DNA of 54,665 bases, the filler included, from Catajapyx aquilonaris (taxonomy: Eukaryota), in the NCBI GenBank assembly GCA_000934665.2. It is 2 parts of 2 records of this genome, joined end to end, with 100 filler letters (N's around TTAATTAATTAA, not from the genome) between each part and the next. Parts side by side here need not be neighbours in the genome. Positions count along the whole stretch, not along the records: positions 27,379 to 54,665 come from JYFJ02005078.1; 1 more part is not named here. One strand, 5' to 3'. Both the position numbers and the translations under genes were made by a program. Positions 38,758 through 51,539 of this stretch are shown here, piece by piece. The notes below the pieces were generated by a model, which worked only from the letters and a program-made list of their open reading frames with translations, did no database searches and was not told where the DNA came from. Position 1 is the stretch's first letter; each line of letters begins with the position of its first letter.

Positions 38758-39499
38758 ATCTCGGGCTTCCTAAAAATTTGCGACTGTTAATACGGAAACT
38801 GTCGCACTGACGCTGACATGTAATATTTTGTGGGTACCTCCGACAACGCGTATGGAGACACCACTTTGTTACTTTGCATAGTGTGTGCCATTATCCTCTT
38901 TCCTGGTGAGGGTGTCAAAAGAGACATTACCTGGTAGCCTACTGGTGGTACAGTGTCTCGACATGTATTAATTTCGTCTTAATTCAGATCCCCAGAGAGA
39001 AATTGAAAGAGTTCATATCGGCTCAACTTACTGACTATAATGAGGACGCTTTGTAATCCACGTACTGTACAGTACATGCCGCGTATATTTGGGAATAGTG
39101 TTACTATTTACCCCTGGACTATCCTTTGTTAAAGTGGACGAGAAAATCATGTTACGTCATTATTTGAAATCTTGTGAACCGCCCGTTCTGGCCCCTTCCA
39201 ATGAAAGCCAGTTTTTATAGGCCATATTCTTTGATATCCACAATACACACTGGAGGTTGCTTTTGAAATACGTCATTTTGTCAAGGTAATGATTGCTTCC
39301 CACGGTCCCCCGATGGTAACTCTGTGTTATCGAAGTTTCCACTGCTACAATCGCTACAAATGTGCTTTAAAAGTACGCAGTTTCGGCTTTCTCTGTCCTG
39401 GTTTGTGGTATGTTGCTCATTTCATGTGAGAGTATACAGTATAGGGCATGAACAAACAAAAAAAACAAACACACATTTTGTTCAGTTAACGTTGGGGAT

Positions 39500-39605
39500 G
39501 GGGTGGCCTTGCCTGCCCTCCCCTACAACGTCACAGGTGCTTGGCGCAGTATAGCCATTGCTGCTGTTGCGCCATTAAACCATTAATCAATCAATCAATC
39601 AATCA
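39500..39605 (+). mobile_element. Retroposon 3' end with (ATCA)n tail
   Basis: GCGCCATTAAACCATTAATCAATCAATCAATCAATC; only the tail is recognisable. Confidence 0.4.
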
Positions 39606-42600
39606 TGAACAATGTGAAATACTGTGTGTCCTACTCCGTTATAATAAATTGTCCATGATGTTAGGCTAATGTCAAGGAGTATTGGAAGATTTTCAAGCCC
39701 GTGTCAACTCTATTCAAATACCGAATTTTAGGCTCACCAAATGTCGTCCATTTGGGTGTTTCATCCACTTCAGTCTTTGACTCTTCATGTCGTCATATAT
39801 AGAGTTTGTGTTGTTTTCCGCTGGGCTTAATAAATTCATTACCAAATTTTTATGCAGTCTCTTACTCACGAGTGTTTCTGTCCTTCTTGCGGCATGTGAC
39901 CTATGTAATTAAAAATTACACTCTTATCGATGTTGCTGGAATATGGTCGCAACACAACTTGTTATCGATCGATCGATCGATTTATTTCACTTCAGTGATA
40001 GGCTTCACTGAGGGACACTTCTCCATACACTGTACACTCATTAATAATAATTACACATAATTATGTAGTATCATAATTATTGTAGTAACAGCAAATGGTA
40101 GGCCTAGGGGAAGTACTATACGATCAGGTTTAACCTCTACGAAATTGAAAGTGGAGGATGAGTCAACTTACAATATATTGCCATGTCACTTGGCCACGTA
40201 AGTGAGAAAAATAAACATCTGGTTCAATTGGTGGTCTGTTGGTTGATGTAGAGGACTGACAACCCCCTTAATTACGCAGTACAAAAAAAATCCTAGATAA
40301 TGCTTAGTTGCCATCTCCTTGTTGACAAACATATCAAGAAAAAGAATGATTATGACCTTTTCGAAAAGAGTGATGGAGAGTGTTATTGCATATAAATTAC
40401 ATTTTATGCAAAGTACTACGCCAACTAGGTGAAATGGCAGGATTAATTAGCATCATTACTGACATATTCTGAAACCATTTCTCTCTCAAGTTACGATTTC
40501 GTATATTCTCCAACTATGCTATTGGTAGAAACTGGGACTGGTAAGAACCAATTTTGTCGAGAACTCCCCACCCCCCCTCCAATAAATACCTTCAAATGTT
40601 CGACTACATCATCATATCATTCACGCATATGTTATTTTTTGTGATGTCGAGGGGTGTCCTGCCATGTGTATCCTTCTCAGTATTGGTCCGCTGCCTTGGA
40701 GAGAAGGAAGCTATAACAAACGTCATGGGATGATATAAAAATCCACGGACTAGGACTAAGGTGGCTGCTGGTTGTAATTTATGACGATACCAGTCTTAGT
40801 GAAATAAAATCGTCAGCTTATTCCTATTTTATGCCAGTTACAATATAGTACACTACCATTGTTTAATTTTGTTTTTAAATAAAATTACGAAGTCGCAGCA
40901 CTACTACTGACCCGTACCATTTACCTGGGTAAGAGTAAGAGACCGTAATCGGTGTACTGTACCTGACCTTCCCACACCTACTCAGGCCTGCTCAGGAACA
41001 AAAAAAAATTGGCCGTGGCTCTTTCTGCAATGTTGTAAGGTTTCACTTGATGAGCCAAATCCTTCTGATCGTCAATATGATTCCTTAGTTTCCATTTGGT
41101 TCGACGCGTTAACTACGGTAGCAATTAACAGCACACTGTACCTATTCCTATAAAATGTTTACTATAAGCGGAAGTATTGCTTTGTTGAATATGTTAATAG
41201 CGTATGTGCTGCGTGACACTGGGATGCAGGACATTACTAAGAGTCATGATGCATGATACGAGTAACTCTGGGTGTTGGACATGCAAATGTGGATCCTCGG
41301 AGAAAAATGGGGAGAGTTCATATCGGCGTAACTGACGTATATGGGGACACTTAGTAATCCTCGTACAGCGTGTATTTGGGAAAAGTGTTTGTATTTACTC
41401 CTGGACTGTCCTTTGTTAAAGTGGAAGCATGAATTAATATTATGGTATGTCGTAGTTTTAAATACGGAATCCGCCTTCTCTTCTTTGTATTCGAGGCGGT
41501 TTATGTACTTGTATTCCTAAGTCACAAACAGGAGCACTTGCACCCTTTTTGTGTAAGGCGGCGTCGCTTGTCGAAGTGATCATCGGTGATCTAGTATTTC
41601 GTCACTAATTTCATATAAGAGTATGTAGGGCATATTATGAAATAAGCATATTCTGGGCATGAGATGCACAGGTGATTTCAAATGGTATTGCTATGTTTTG
41701 TCGATACATGGGACAACTTGTGTGTATGTGTTCTATTTCATGGAGCCACTCGTTGTTCATTTGCAAGGGACGTGTTGGTTTCTTCTTTCCTGATGAGATT
41801 GTGACACTTGTCGACGTGTACGACACGCGTCATGTATTTAAAAAATCCCTACTGGTCGTCATTAGATCATTTCGTTGGGTTGGGTGCAGTTAATTACGTT
41901 TATCAAAGAATGTGAATGGTCAGAAGGAAACGGTCCGTGTTCATATCGGCTGCATGAGGACGCTTCGTCATGCAATAATTATTACAATATCAATCATGAT
42001 AAAGGACAAGTTGAGTCTTTAAAGTGTGAATGGTCAGTCACACAATCTACCAATAATTGCCAACAAAGTGCGTGTAACTTCATGGCAAACTCTAGAGCAA
42101 CAAGTTGTACAAATAAAATTACGGCAGGAGTGTTCACATGTCAGCCGCGGGGTCTTCTTGCTTAGCTTCTCTCAGTGGCTGCTTCCGCTTTCCCTTTTCC
42201 TTTCGCCTTTCCGTCATATGCTTCTACAGCATGTAGGTCTCATGAAATATGCAAAGCTATCAACATGAACGGTTTCCTCTGGACAGGAAATCTTACATCA
42301 TCCATGTGCAAAAATCTAGGTTTATGTCCCTAGGTATGTTAATAAATAAGTCTGCCTATTGGTAAAGGCAATCTTTGCTCTTGTGCATTGTCATGCTGTT
42401 CCTTCTGCAATTTATGGCGAATACAACAGCTGATTTCAAGAATTATTCACAACATTCACGAAGTCAAGTATTCGTCTCACAAGGCGAAGTGTATGTCTGT
42501 AAGGTTAGTTCTCTGAATGGAAATGTATTCTTTTATGCATGGTGTAAGTTCCTCGCCAGGCTATACTAATATCTCCCGTGGGATTCAACAATATATTGTT

Positions 42601-45600
42601 ATCAATGCCTATATAATTTATTTGGGTCAAACCCGTGAAAAATCTGCTGAATAGTTGGTGCAGATTTTCGTACTTCCTTCTGGGAAAGAGAATTAGGCTA
42701 CATGGGGGACCCCATGTCTGCATTTCCTGTATTGGTACATATGGAGGATGCCAGGGTCTCTGTACGCGTAAGTCCCATGTGCAGATGTACGTTCCCTGTT
42801 CAAAGTGGCACCTATTTCATTCTCCATGTAAGTCGTACGGCCTTCTCCGCGCATCTTTAATTGTTAGCGCACAGTTATTATAATAATGATCTTATACAAT
42901 CTACTCGAATGAAGTGTTTCTGCCACTGATGGTACTTGACCTAACTAATTTTAAAAATCGCAACTCTTGTTGATGTTGCTGGAAGCATGATGACAGCACT
43001 TTTTTTTATTTCAAATTGCATTTTTCTTTCACACTGTGACCTAACTTGCATCCTCTCACTCCAAATATTTCTTATTATTGTCCCTTTTCTCCTACGTACT
43101 GGCAAGTAACAATACCTTTGAAATGATTAGTAAGCAGGAGCATTGTTATGTTGAAGATCATGATCAATTGCAGCCGTCTCCATGTCAAGTTTATTCTAAT
43201 GAATGTATAAGGTAGTGTATCGTCGCTCTGATTGTTCCTAAAATGTTCACCGTCCTCGTCCTCCTGAGAGAGGGATGTAGCTCATGTTTGCGTCTACTGT
43301 GTTGGTACATATCAACTGACAACTTTATATGTGTGGTCTACTGGATGGAGACACTGATACGTTTGCCACTAATAGAGTCGAGTAATTATTACGGTAAATA
43401 TGACTGTCGCATTTTTAGATTTCTAGAATGATTATTTCCCAATAGTTGTGGTAGATTTGGTGTGGCACGTCCCAAGAATGATTCCGCATGATGCTTCTTA
43501 CAATAATTATGGCTAAGACTAGGCATGACCAGGTCACCAAGCATAGCATAGCCATCAATCTCTGGCTCAAGGCCTACTACACCATACAGTGACAAAGTAT
43601 ATCCTCAGGCAATATTATCACGCAAAAAAAGGCAACCGAAAGGGATGAAAATCATAAAATAATATCCATAGAAACACCCATCGTCTGCTACTCTCTGAGT
43701 TCATAAAATATATGAAAGGTAATGACGTTGGATTGGAATACGGTATACATTTCCTCGTGTACACCTGTATTCAAGTTGTATTTTTCAACGTTGAGTTGAA
43801 GGGGGAAGATTGGTCCAGAATTGTTGTTACCAGTGTCATCTCTTCAAACAGATCACTTCATGTGACACTTTATTTTTAGGTTTATAGGATGATTACTTCC
43901 CAATACGTGCGACAATATGGCAGAAATTGCTCATCATTTGATTGTCGGGATGTTTCTGTTTCCTAATCATGCTCGCTGTGCGATTACATCCTGTTTTATT
44001 ATGCTGGTGATCAGTGCAATTATTATATCTTTGGGCACCTCCTGATGGTCGCCTCTCTAAATATTATACGTGTTCCATTTTGTCACCTGCTCGAAAGATA
44101 CACGAAATTATTAGGATCGGCGTGATATTTTCTGCATGCTCTGCTCAATAGCTTTGTGCAGACAATGCACTTCATCTCAAGGGAGCAGTTTGGTACCCTT
44201 CACTGCAGTAAAACACTGTTGCTTCCTATGTTGAGAAACATCATGTTTAATAGACTTCACTGTTTCAGACTGTGTCCCTCAGTGGGAGACAGCTTCACCG
44301 AATTTTAATTTGATCATGTAACGCTTCTCCCCATGTGAGTTGCTGTCCCATAAATCATAATAATTATTGAAACAAGTCCAAATTTGCATTCCTGTAGTTT
44401 CCCTGATTTGTCTTAGCAACCATTGTTGCAGTTTCTGGTCCAACAATGATCAACACTATATCTTGTCGTCACAATCGGTAGAGCGAGCTCTGGTGGGGAG
44501 GATTTACTGGCTGGGAGTATTTATACTAACGACTGAGGTGCGCGTGAGGTTTGTTATACTTCAGGTTAGAGCGAATGATGATGGGGGTAATCCGACTCCT
44601 TTCTCCTGCCCTTGGGTCGGCCCCTGGAGTCTCCCCGGGGTCTGATTCACCCCAGATTGGGGCAGATTCAGGTGTCGCCCTAGACAATTATTCCAAAAAT
44701 GGCGTAAAAAACGGTTGAAAAAAAATACGTTGTTCTCCAAATGGTGATGTCAGATACGGCGTGCGCATCAGTGACGTTTTGCTCTACCAATTACTCTTAA
44801 AAGTTGACTTGTCATTGTTATAAACCGCGTGATAAAGACACACATTTTGATATGAGCATTGAGCTTGTCTTAAATATGGTTGTTCCTGATGTCTCATGTT
44901 TCAATCCTTAGAAATGAAACACTGCCGTTTTATGCATTTATATAATATTGTAATTGGACAAGTAAACTCGACCGATCGTCAAGATTATTCCGGTTTCCAA
45001 GCGTAACGGTACGGTATCCAGTAGTTTGTGATCAAGTGGGAGCGGAAGCAATAATGCGTTTGGCAATAATGTAACGAGCTGGTACTCCTAATGACATTTT
45101 GATGGTACTTCCTAATACTTTAATAATTTGATGACAACCAAATTCCTACAGGGAGACATGTAATTAAACTGTGTCTCAGGGTTGGCAATACTTTCTGATG
45201 ATGATAAGCGCGGGATAAAAATAGGCTATATAAAAGTTAATGGTGTTGCATTGTAATGCGGTATACATTTCCGAGTGTACACCTACATTCACATAATGCA
45301 CTGCTTCTTTTCCGAGTCGGTTACAGCCAGTACCTGACTTGCAGTAACTGACCATCAGTAGCAAAACTTGCAGAAAGTGCAACAAGTTGAAGAAAAAAGT
45401 TATGCTGTTTTCAGGACGGCTGAAATTAAAAGATAGAAAATGAGTTCTTCTCGGGTTTCGCCTTTTTCGTGCCATGTTTTTAATGCTTGTCGCATGCTAT
45501 GTACTGTGACGACTATACATGGGGCACCTTGGATGTCTGGATGGAGCCAAGTACGTCGTTGCTTTGCAAGGCCCGTACAATTTTCTTATATCCTGATGAG

Positions 45601-47320
45601 ATTGTGCAACATAGACCTGACATGATCACGTGGCCTGGCGGTATAGAGATGGAATGTGAAATTATAGTACTCGTCATAATAATTCACATCCTCCTGGGCG
45701 CTCGTAAACAGCTTGATTATAGGGCGTTGAGTAAAATCCCCTGAACAAATTATCAGTTTGCGGCCTAGTAAACATTCGCTAAGACTGTTAAGACGGGAGT
45801 AATTATTCTGTCTCATTGTGCTGACATGTAATATTTTGTGGATACAACTGACAACTTGTATGTATTCTACTGGATGGAGACACTACATCGTTGCTTTGCA
45901 AGCCGTGTGCCATTGGCCTCATTTTTTGCATGTCGTCATCGAGTTTGTGTTGTTTCCCGCTGTTCCTTTTGGTTAAATAAATTCATCAGCAATGTATTAT
46001 ACTTTAATGAGGTGATTCTACGTCTTACGGTATGTGACCTAACTAATTATCATATGTTATGTCCAAGAGAATTTTTCATTCACACTGCGACTAAACCTGC
46101 AGATACTCTTTCTGCAAACTTTTCTTATCATCTCTTTATTACTGTGTGTGTCATGAATATATACCTGAGTTTCAATAAGGTTGAAACGCGGCTTTCTCTG
46201 CAATGTGTATGGATTCAGTAGCTTAGGAAAACCCTCGCAAACCATTCAGATAGTCAGGATTATTCCAGCTCCACTTTTGTCGTGCCATTATTTTTTCATC
46301 GCGTTGCATTTTTATGAACTAATTAATCAATTAATTATTCAAAAGGATAATTTCAGAGCTCACGCAGCAATAACACGTTGCCATCTCCTGTACCATACAG
46401 TTTCTTTTGCTGTAGTCACTATCTAGTCGGGAGGACTTCCTGGCTGAGAATATTTACTCGCCACAGAGGTATGAATGCACCCAGCAATATTTTCTTATCT
46501 CAGGTTAAAGCAAAAAAGCTGTTAGGTTCCCACTAATAGAGATGAGCAATTAATTCAATAATAGCGATCATTTTATGCTTCTCTGTACGTGCTCCTCAAT
46601 CTCCTGTTACGTTGTGGTGCGTTATTAATAATTTCCAGCAAGAATATTCTACGTATGTAGGGCATCATTGTAAAATTAGCCTATTAATGACATGAGATGC
46701 GACTGATTTCAAGTAATAAGTGCAAGTGTTTGTAGCTCTCATGATTTTTCCATGTGAATTGTATGATAGTTTTGAGCATTAGTTATATTCTCGAAACCTT
46801 GCTGTGAATAGTAGTTGTCACTGAAGACTTATGAAAATAGTAAATGTCTGATTGCAGAGAAATAATGCTGGGAACAGTCACCTTGGTTCCTTACTATACT
46901 GTAGGGAATACTGCGAATGTCAGGGATAATTAACATTTTGTATTAGTCGCTGGCTTGATTGCTCGACAGTTCCAGTTCTTCGTCGCTTCCAGGTGTATAG
47001 TGATGCCGCGTAGATTTCGGCGTAGCCTCTTGTTCATTTGCATGATGTTGTGAAGGAAGGTCTCCCCCCAACGGTACCGTGTGCACCTGTATTGACATAA
47101 CGCACTGTTTCTTTTCCGAGTCGGTTACGGCCAGTACCTGACCAGCAGCAAGTGTAACAAGTTGTAATACCTGTAATACCGTATACTACACCCTTCTGGC
47201 TATTTTTAATACTTTTTTGAGTTATTCATTGTATTACGTGTAACATACTAGGTCTAGGGACTTGCAAAATGGACAAACGGGTGTATTTTTGTGTGTAACA
47301 ATTTAAATGAGAAGAAAGAG

Positions 47321-47484
47321 ACTGGCAAGTTGAGGGCTCTCCAGGGAATCAAGCAGTGGTCGAAAGCAAAGGATTTGGGCTGATCTTCCTGTCTGGCTTG
47401 TCCATGGCGGACTCTTGATGGTTCTGGTTGTTCCCTCATGGCAACCACACATTCTGCTTGTAGCTCCAGTTCCCTCCTGTTGAA
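47321..47484 (-). pseudogene. Khc-73: Fragment of kinesin-3 (Khc-73/KIF13) motor N-terminus
   Basis: FNRRELELQAECVVAM...QPKSFAFDHC..DSL...N.AS against kinesin-73 PFNRRE.EL...C.V.M...QPK.FAFDHCF.SL....NFASQ, with small indels. Confidence 0.75.
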
Positions 47485-48559
47485 GCATCAGCCAGCCATC
47501 CCTCCACTTTCGAATTGCTTTTTGTGCTTCTGGTACATTATGCGGACCCAAAAGCTGTGGTGTATGATATTGATTACCAGAGTCAGAGGAAACCAGTATC
47601 GTCTTCTATGTCTCCGGTGGTGCTGCTTCTTCCCTCGTGTAATTATCTTAGTTCTGGTTTGACGGCTGTTCGGTGTCCACAAGTAATATGACCTTTTTTT
47701 CCAATCTTGTACCAAGAGTACTTGTTTTTGCGGGTTTACATGTATTTTGTGCAAGGAGAGTCTTGGTTGAAGGAACTGATTGGGCTTTGGTAGGGGGTCA
47801 TTATAATGTTGAGGGTAGTTGGTGTTTCGGAGTTTCTGGCCCTCCTGGTCGTCCTCTTAATAATTAATATTCGTTTCCCGATGAGCAATCTCTAGCCCAA
47901 TCTTCACCTGGTGTCGGCTTCCTGTGCACCAGAGTTTGTACTTGGGGCTCCGAATTTGAACGATGTTGACCGTTCGAATGTCAATGGTTTAATGAGAGAA
48001 CGAACGGATTTTCTTGTGTTTTGCATAAAACCACGGTGATTGGTACTAGGGTTACAATAATGAAAAATAATAAGTGTTACCAGTATGTTGTTATTGCTTT
48101 ATTTAGCCTTTGTCGGCCTGCAGCACATGCCTCTTGGCCGACTATTTCTCCGACGATCCATGATAGCGTGTTGATATAATCGCGATCCAGCGCTATGGTG
48201 TCCATTATAATTCCGACTTCGATCCCGGAATAAAAAGGTGCTTCAGGACCCGCGACGATTGTGGATGTGGTGGACCGATGTCGTCTAGTAGGACATCCGG
48301 TCTGAAAAAGGTATGGTAGAGGTATATAAGTTACTGAGTTTTCATTTAAAAAAATATGCATTGATACATTGCCTTACCGATACTGGGTGAGGGGAATAGT
48401 CACGTCCTCTATGGGGGTGTCCCAGAGTGGATCCTCTGAAATTAAACGAGTGGGCATTCGCTTCGAACGTATACGTATACTCGTTTGTTTAAAAGTGACC
48501 TGCTCTTTATGAAAGTCCATATGCGAAGAGAAGCCGCGCCTTTTTTTCCAGATCATGGT

Positions 48560-48690
48560 TCGACACTTCTGTGACTGCACCACCAATGTCTTGGTTGGAT
48601 GATTTAGAATCCGACTGTTGACACTGTCAAATAAGCCATTCATCTGCTTAACGAAGTCTGCCGTATGGCGAACTTCAGCTGGGACCACTG
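48560..48690 (-). mobile_element. P-element/THAP9-like transposase fragment
   Basis: HTADFVKQMNGLFDSVNSR matches the TA.F...MN.LFD..NS motif. Confidence 0.75.
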
Positions 48691-48879
48691 GGGGAACAGC
48701 AGGACAGCGTGTAGAGTGGGGCAGATATAGTAACTTACAGGGGGGGCATGAAGTGGGGCTGTCAGATTTGCATTAAACTTGCACAGTAGGTGTATCACAT
48801 GCCTACAATTTCACTGGTATGGGCCATTTTCTGCTACGGCCAGCCGTTGTCGATCTATGAGGTCCTTGAAGGTGAAGCA

Positions 48880-49720
48880 GACTTCAGCACAAAGTCTTCT
48901 TCCACTTCTTAGGCCACCACATTCTCCAGGTAGTCCTGAACAATTGTTTTTGACGACTTCACCGAACGACTGCACACGGTAGTGACGTTTGGAGGTTTGT
49001 ATAAGGACAGCCTGACCTGCGGACCGAAGTTCCGAGTCCTCTCCATCAAACAGACGAACATATTTCCCACGACGTCACCACTCATGGCAATAGTGTATTC
49101 CACCGTGTAACTGTGTGTTACAAGGTTCGTGTGTGACTGTGCGTATCCTAGGGTAAGTTTTTCTCCCTTGAAGGATAAGGTTCGTGATGAGTTCATCTCG
49201 TAGTTGAACCCACACTGGTCGGTGTTCAAACACAGTTCAGGGCGAAACTTGGGCGAAACATCCCTGAACTCATCCTGAAAGATCTTTGCTGCAGTGGCAA
49301 TCTGGGCTTCATCCTGGATATGTCTTTTACTGACCAACTTGGTCACTTTTCGGCTTGAAATTCTGTTGGATCTCCTGAACTTCTTGGCCCACTTATTGGT
49401 GGCTCTGAACTTGAGATTTCCATCGTCAAATTCGCGGAATTTTTCCATCGCCCAGAATCTCAAACGTGACGTCCGTATGATCTTATAGGTCCTTCTGGCA
49501 TCAGCAACAAACTTGTGTACATACCGATTGATTATTCTGTGTCTTTGGAGGGCGCCATTCACCTTCATTTGCTTCTTAAATATATAAAGTTGGCGAATAC
49601 TTTTCAGTTCCCGTGCTCCATGCTTCTGCAGGCTGGCCAATTTCCAGGTGGGGTGATTTTCATGCAGAAGAACAATTTCTATTTTTCTCTCCAGGCTGAG
49701 TGTCTCAATTCCTTTGGGTT
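48880..49720 (-). mobile_element. Truncated Tc5/Tc4-like (pogo-related) transposase: CENP-B-type HTH + start of DDE
   Basis: ORF 48909-49640: FRATNKWAKKFR...ISSRKVTK, NTDQCGF, THSYT, FGP. An upstream frameshifted segment reads LERKIEIVLLHENHP/TWKL. Ends before the second catalytic Asp. Confidence 0.85.
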
Positions 49721-49762
49721 TCTTCTGTGGTGGAGATTGTTCCCAGCTCGCTGATTGACTTC

Positions 49763-50957
49763 TTACCTAGCACGGCAAAGTCCACCACAATTCCCTGGTC
49801 GCATGGCGCTCATATTTCCAACGACCCTGTCAATAATGGCATTTTTAGAGGTCCTGTACCGCCCTTGTAATTCTCGGCAAAAACTACTCAACTTGTTGAT
49901 GCTATTGCACCTGCCACCTGAGTTAGTAGTAATGGTGCTATGTTCCTTGCCCAATTCAAAATTCACATGCGGTGCTTCCTCTACTACAATGGTGTTTGAC
50001 TGTCGACATGCTTGACAGTGAGTTTTATATTGCTGGACAAACTTGAATGTTGCATCACAGTTGCAACAAATAAGTTTGTTTGTTTGTTTTTACTACCCCG
50101 TTCCGGAGCGTTGCTCCTTTAGGGGGACACAACCACATCTCATACAGAGCCCATAGACATATATTTGCCCACATACATGCAAAAATTATATACATCAGAG
50201 ATAATCAGTTTCGTTGGTTCATGGAATGTCAAATGGAAACAATTTGGAGGGTGACGTTGGACATTTTCAAGATATTGACTACGGGGCGTTGTAAATATTG
50301 GACATTGAAACATAAGATGATGACAAGAAAAAATCTCACTCATATTGCACCAATCACAATTCTGGTCGGACGAGAACATAACCTTATGGCCTGCCATCCA
50401 AACAGATCTCGAATTATTTTTTAAATTTAGCCACAGGCGTAGATGCGATAAGGGCAAGTTGAAAGAGAAGTACTGTTCAATGGAAGGCGTGACCTTGTAA
50501 ACTGGTCCATATGCTGAGGAGTTGTTTATCCTCTCCAAATCTGCGTTGTGATGGAAAAGCTCCATACCATTCTGAATTTGTTCTAAATTCGTTGATTCTA
50601 GATCTTCCATAGTTAACAGTTGCAACAAATAAGGCGTATCTTCATGTCATGATTAGAAGTCATGTGTTTCAAGAAGCAAGATTGTCATTGTTGCAGAGTT
50701 TGATGGCTGCACTGCTACCAACTGGCTGGGCTTTCTTCAACTCTCTCAGTCTGGAAAATATCTGAGTGGAGAGAGAATATGTGAGTACGAAGCAGTTCAT
50801 AAGCAATACTGGATTTCAAAATTATTGTGTGCATGAAGCATTTGGTACCAATGCATGCCAGGGGATCTTCTGTCTTGCCTTCTGGCATGATCTCCATGTC
50901 TTTTATCTCACCATCAGCCAAGTCATCAGCGCTCTTCCATGGTTTCTGAATGGGCAA
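49763..50957 (-). mobile_element. Decayed multi-zinc-finger ORF split by a LINE (probably a DNA-transposon protein N-terminus)
   Basis: Removing 50075-50615 plus one TSD puts ORFs 50715-50957 and 49763-49966 in one frame, with two internal stops and three Cys/His fingers. Confidence 0.55.
50075..50615 (-). mobile_element. 5'-truncated LINE
   Basis: CDWCNMSEIFSCHHLMFQCP knuckle, (AAAC)n tail, 18-bp TSD ACAGTTGCAACAAATAAG at 50057-50074 and 50616-50633. Confidence 0.92.
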
Positions 50958-51061
50958 CAGGGAATGGTAGGATCATTCATAGGAGTTACTGCTACTATTC
51001 TAGTTGATGTTTATTTGAGTCATTGTTAATCAGTTATGTATTATTCAGTAGGTTCACTTAC

Positions 51062-51198
51062 TTTGTCTTCTGGTCTTAGGAGATAAATTAGTGTTCCATG
51101 TGGAATTACTTGTAACACTTCACTGTCATCCACGTCGGTGCCATCCTCCAGGTAGGCGGTCACATCGCACTCCTTGGGGATATCCAACTTTCCCTTCC
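51062..51198 (-). pseudogene. Isolated exon encoding a CIDE-N-like domain segment
   Basis: KLDIPKECDVTAYLEDGTDVDDSEVLQVIPHGTLIYLL (EDGTxVDD signature), bounded by TTTTAG acceptor and GTAAGT donor. Confidence 0.6.
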
Positions 51199-51539
51199 CT
51201 AAAATAATGACAAATAATGTGGGCTTCACTTCCTGTTACAGACGCTCAGGATGTAAAAGTTCTGTATACGTGGACAATTGTGATACCCCCTCGATGTACA
51301 GTTGAAGACCCCCATGCTGTCTACCTAATTTACGGGCAGGCCCTAAGACAAAAAAATTTCGTGTTTTACAAAACGGGCAGAAAAAGACTTCACTCAACCC
51401 TTAACTTGCAATGTCAATTCGAGCTACATCGTGAAATGTTGGGTCACTGGTGAGCCCTGGTGGTAATTCAATTATTTTAAATGTTGAATTCATGCAATTA
51501 ACATTTTTGTGCCATGTAAATTAAGCTCACATAAATCTG

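Noticed and set aside
48077..48361. E2 ubiquitin-conjugating-like motif (IVAGPEAPFYSG)
   Set aside because: Only a few matching residues; no other E2 motifs.
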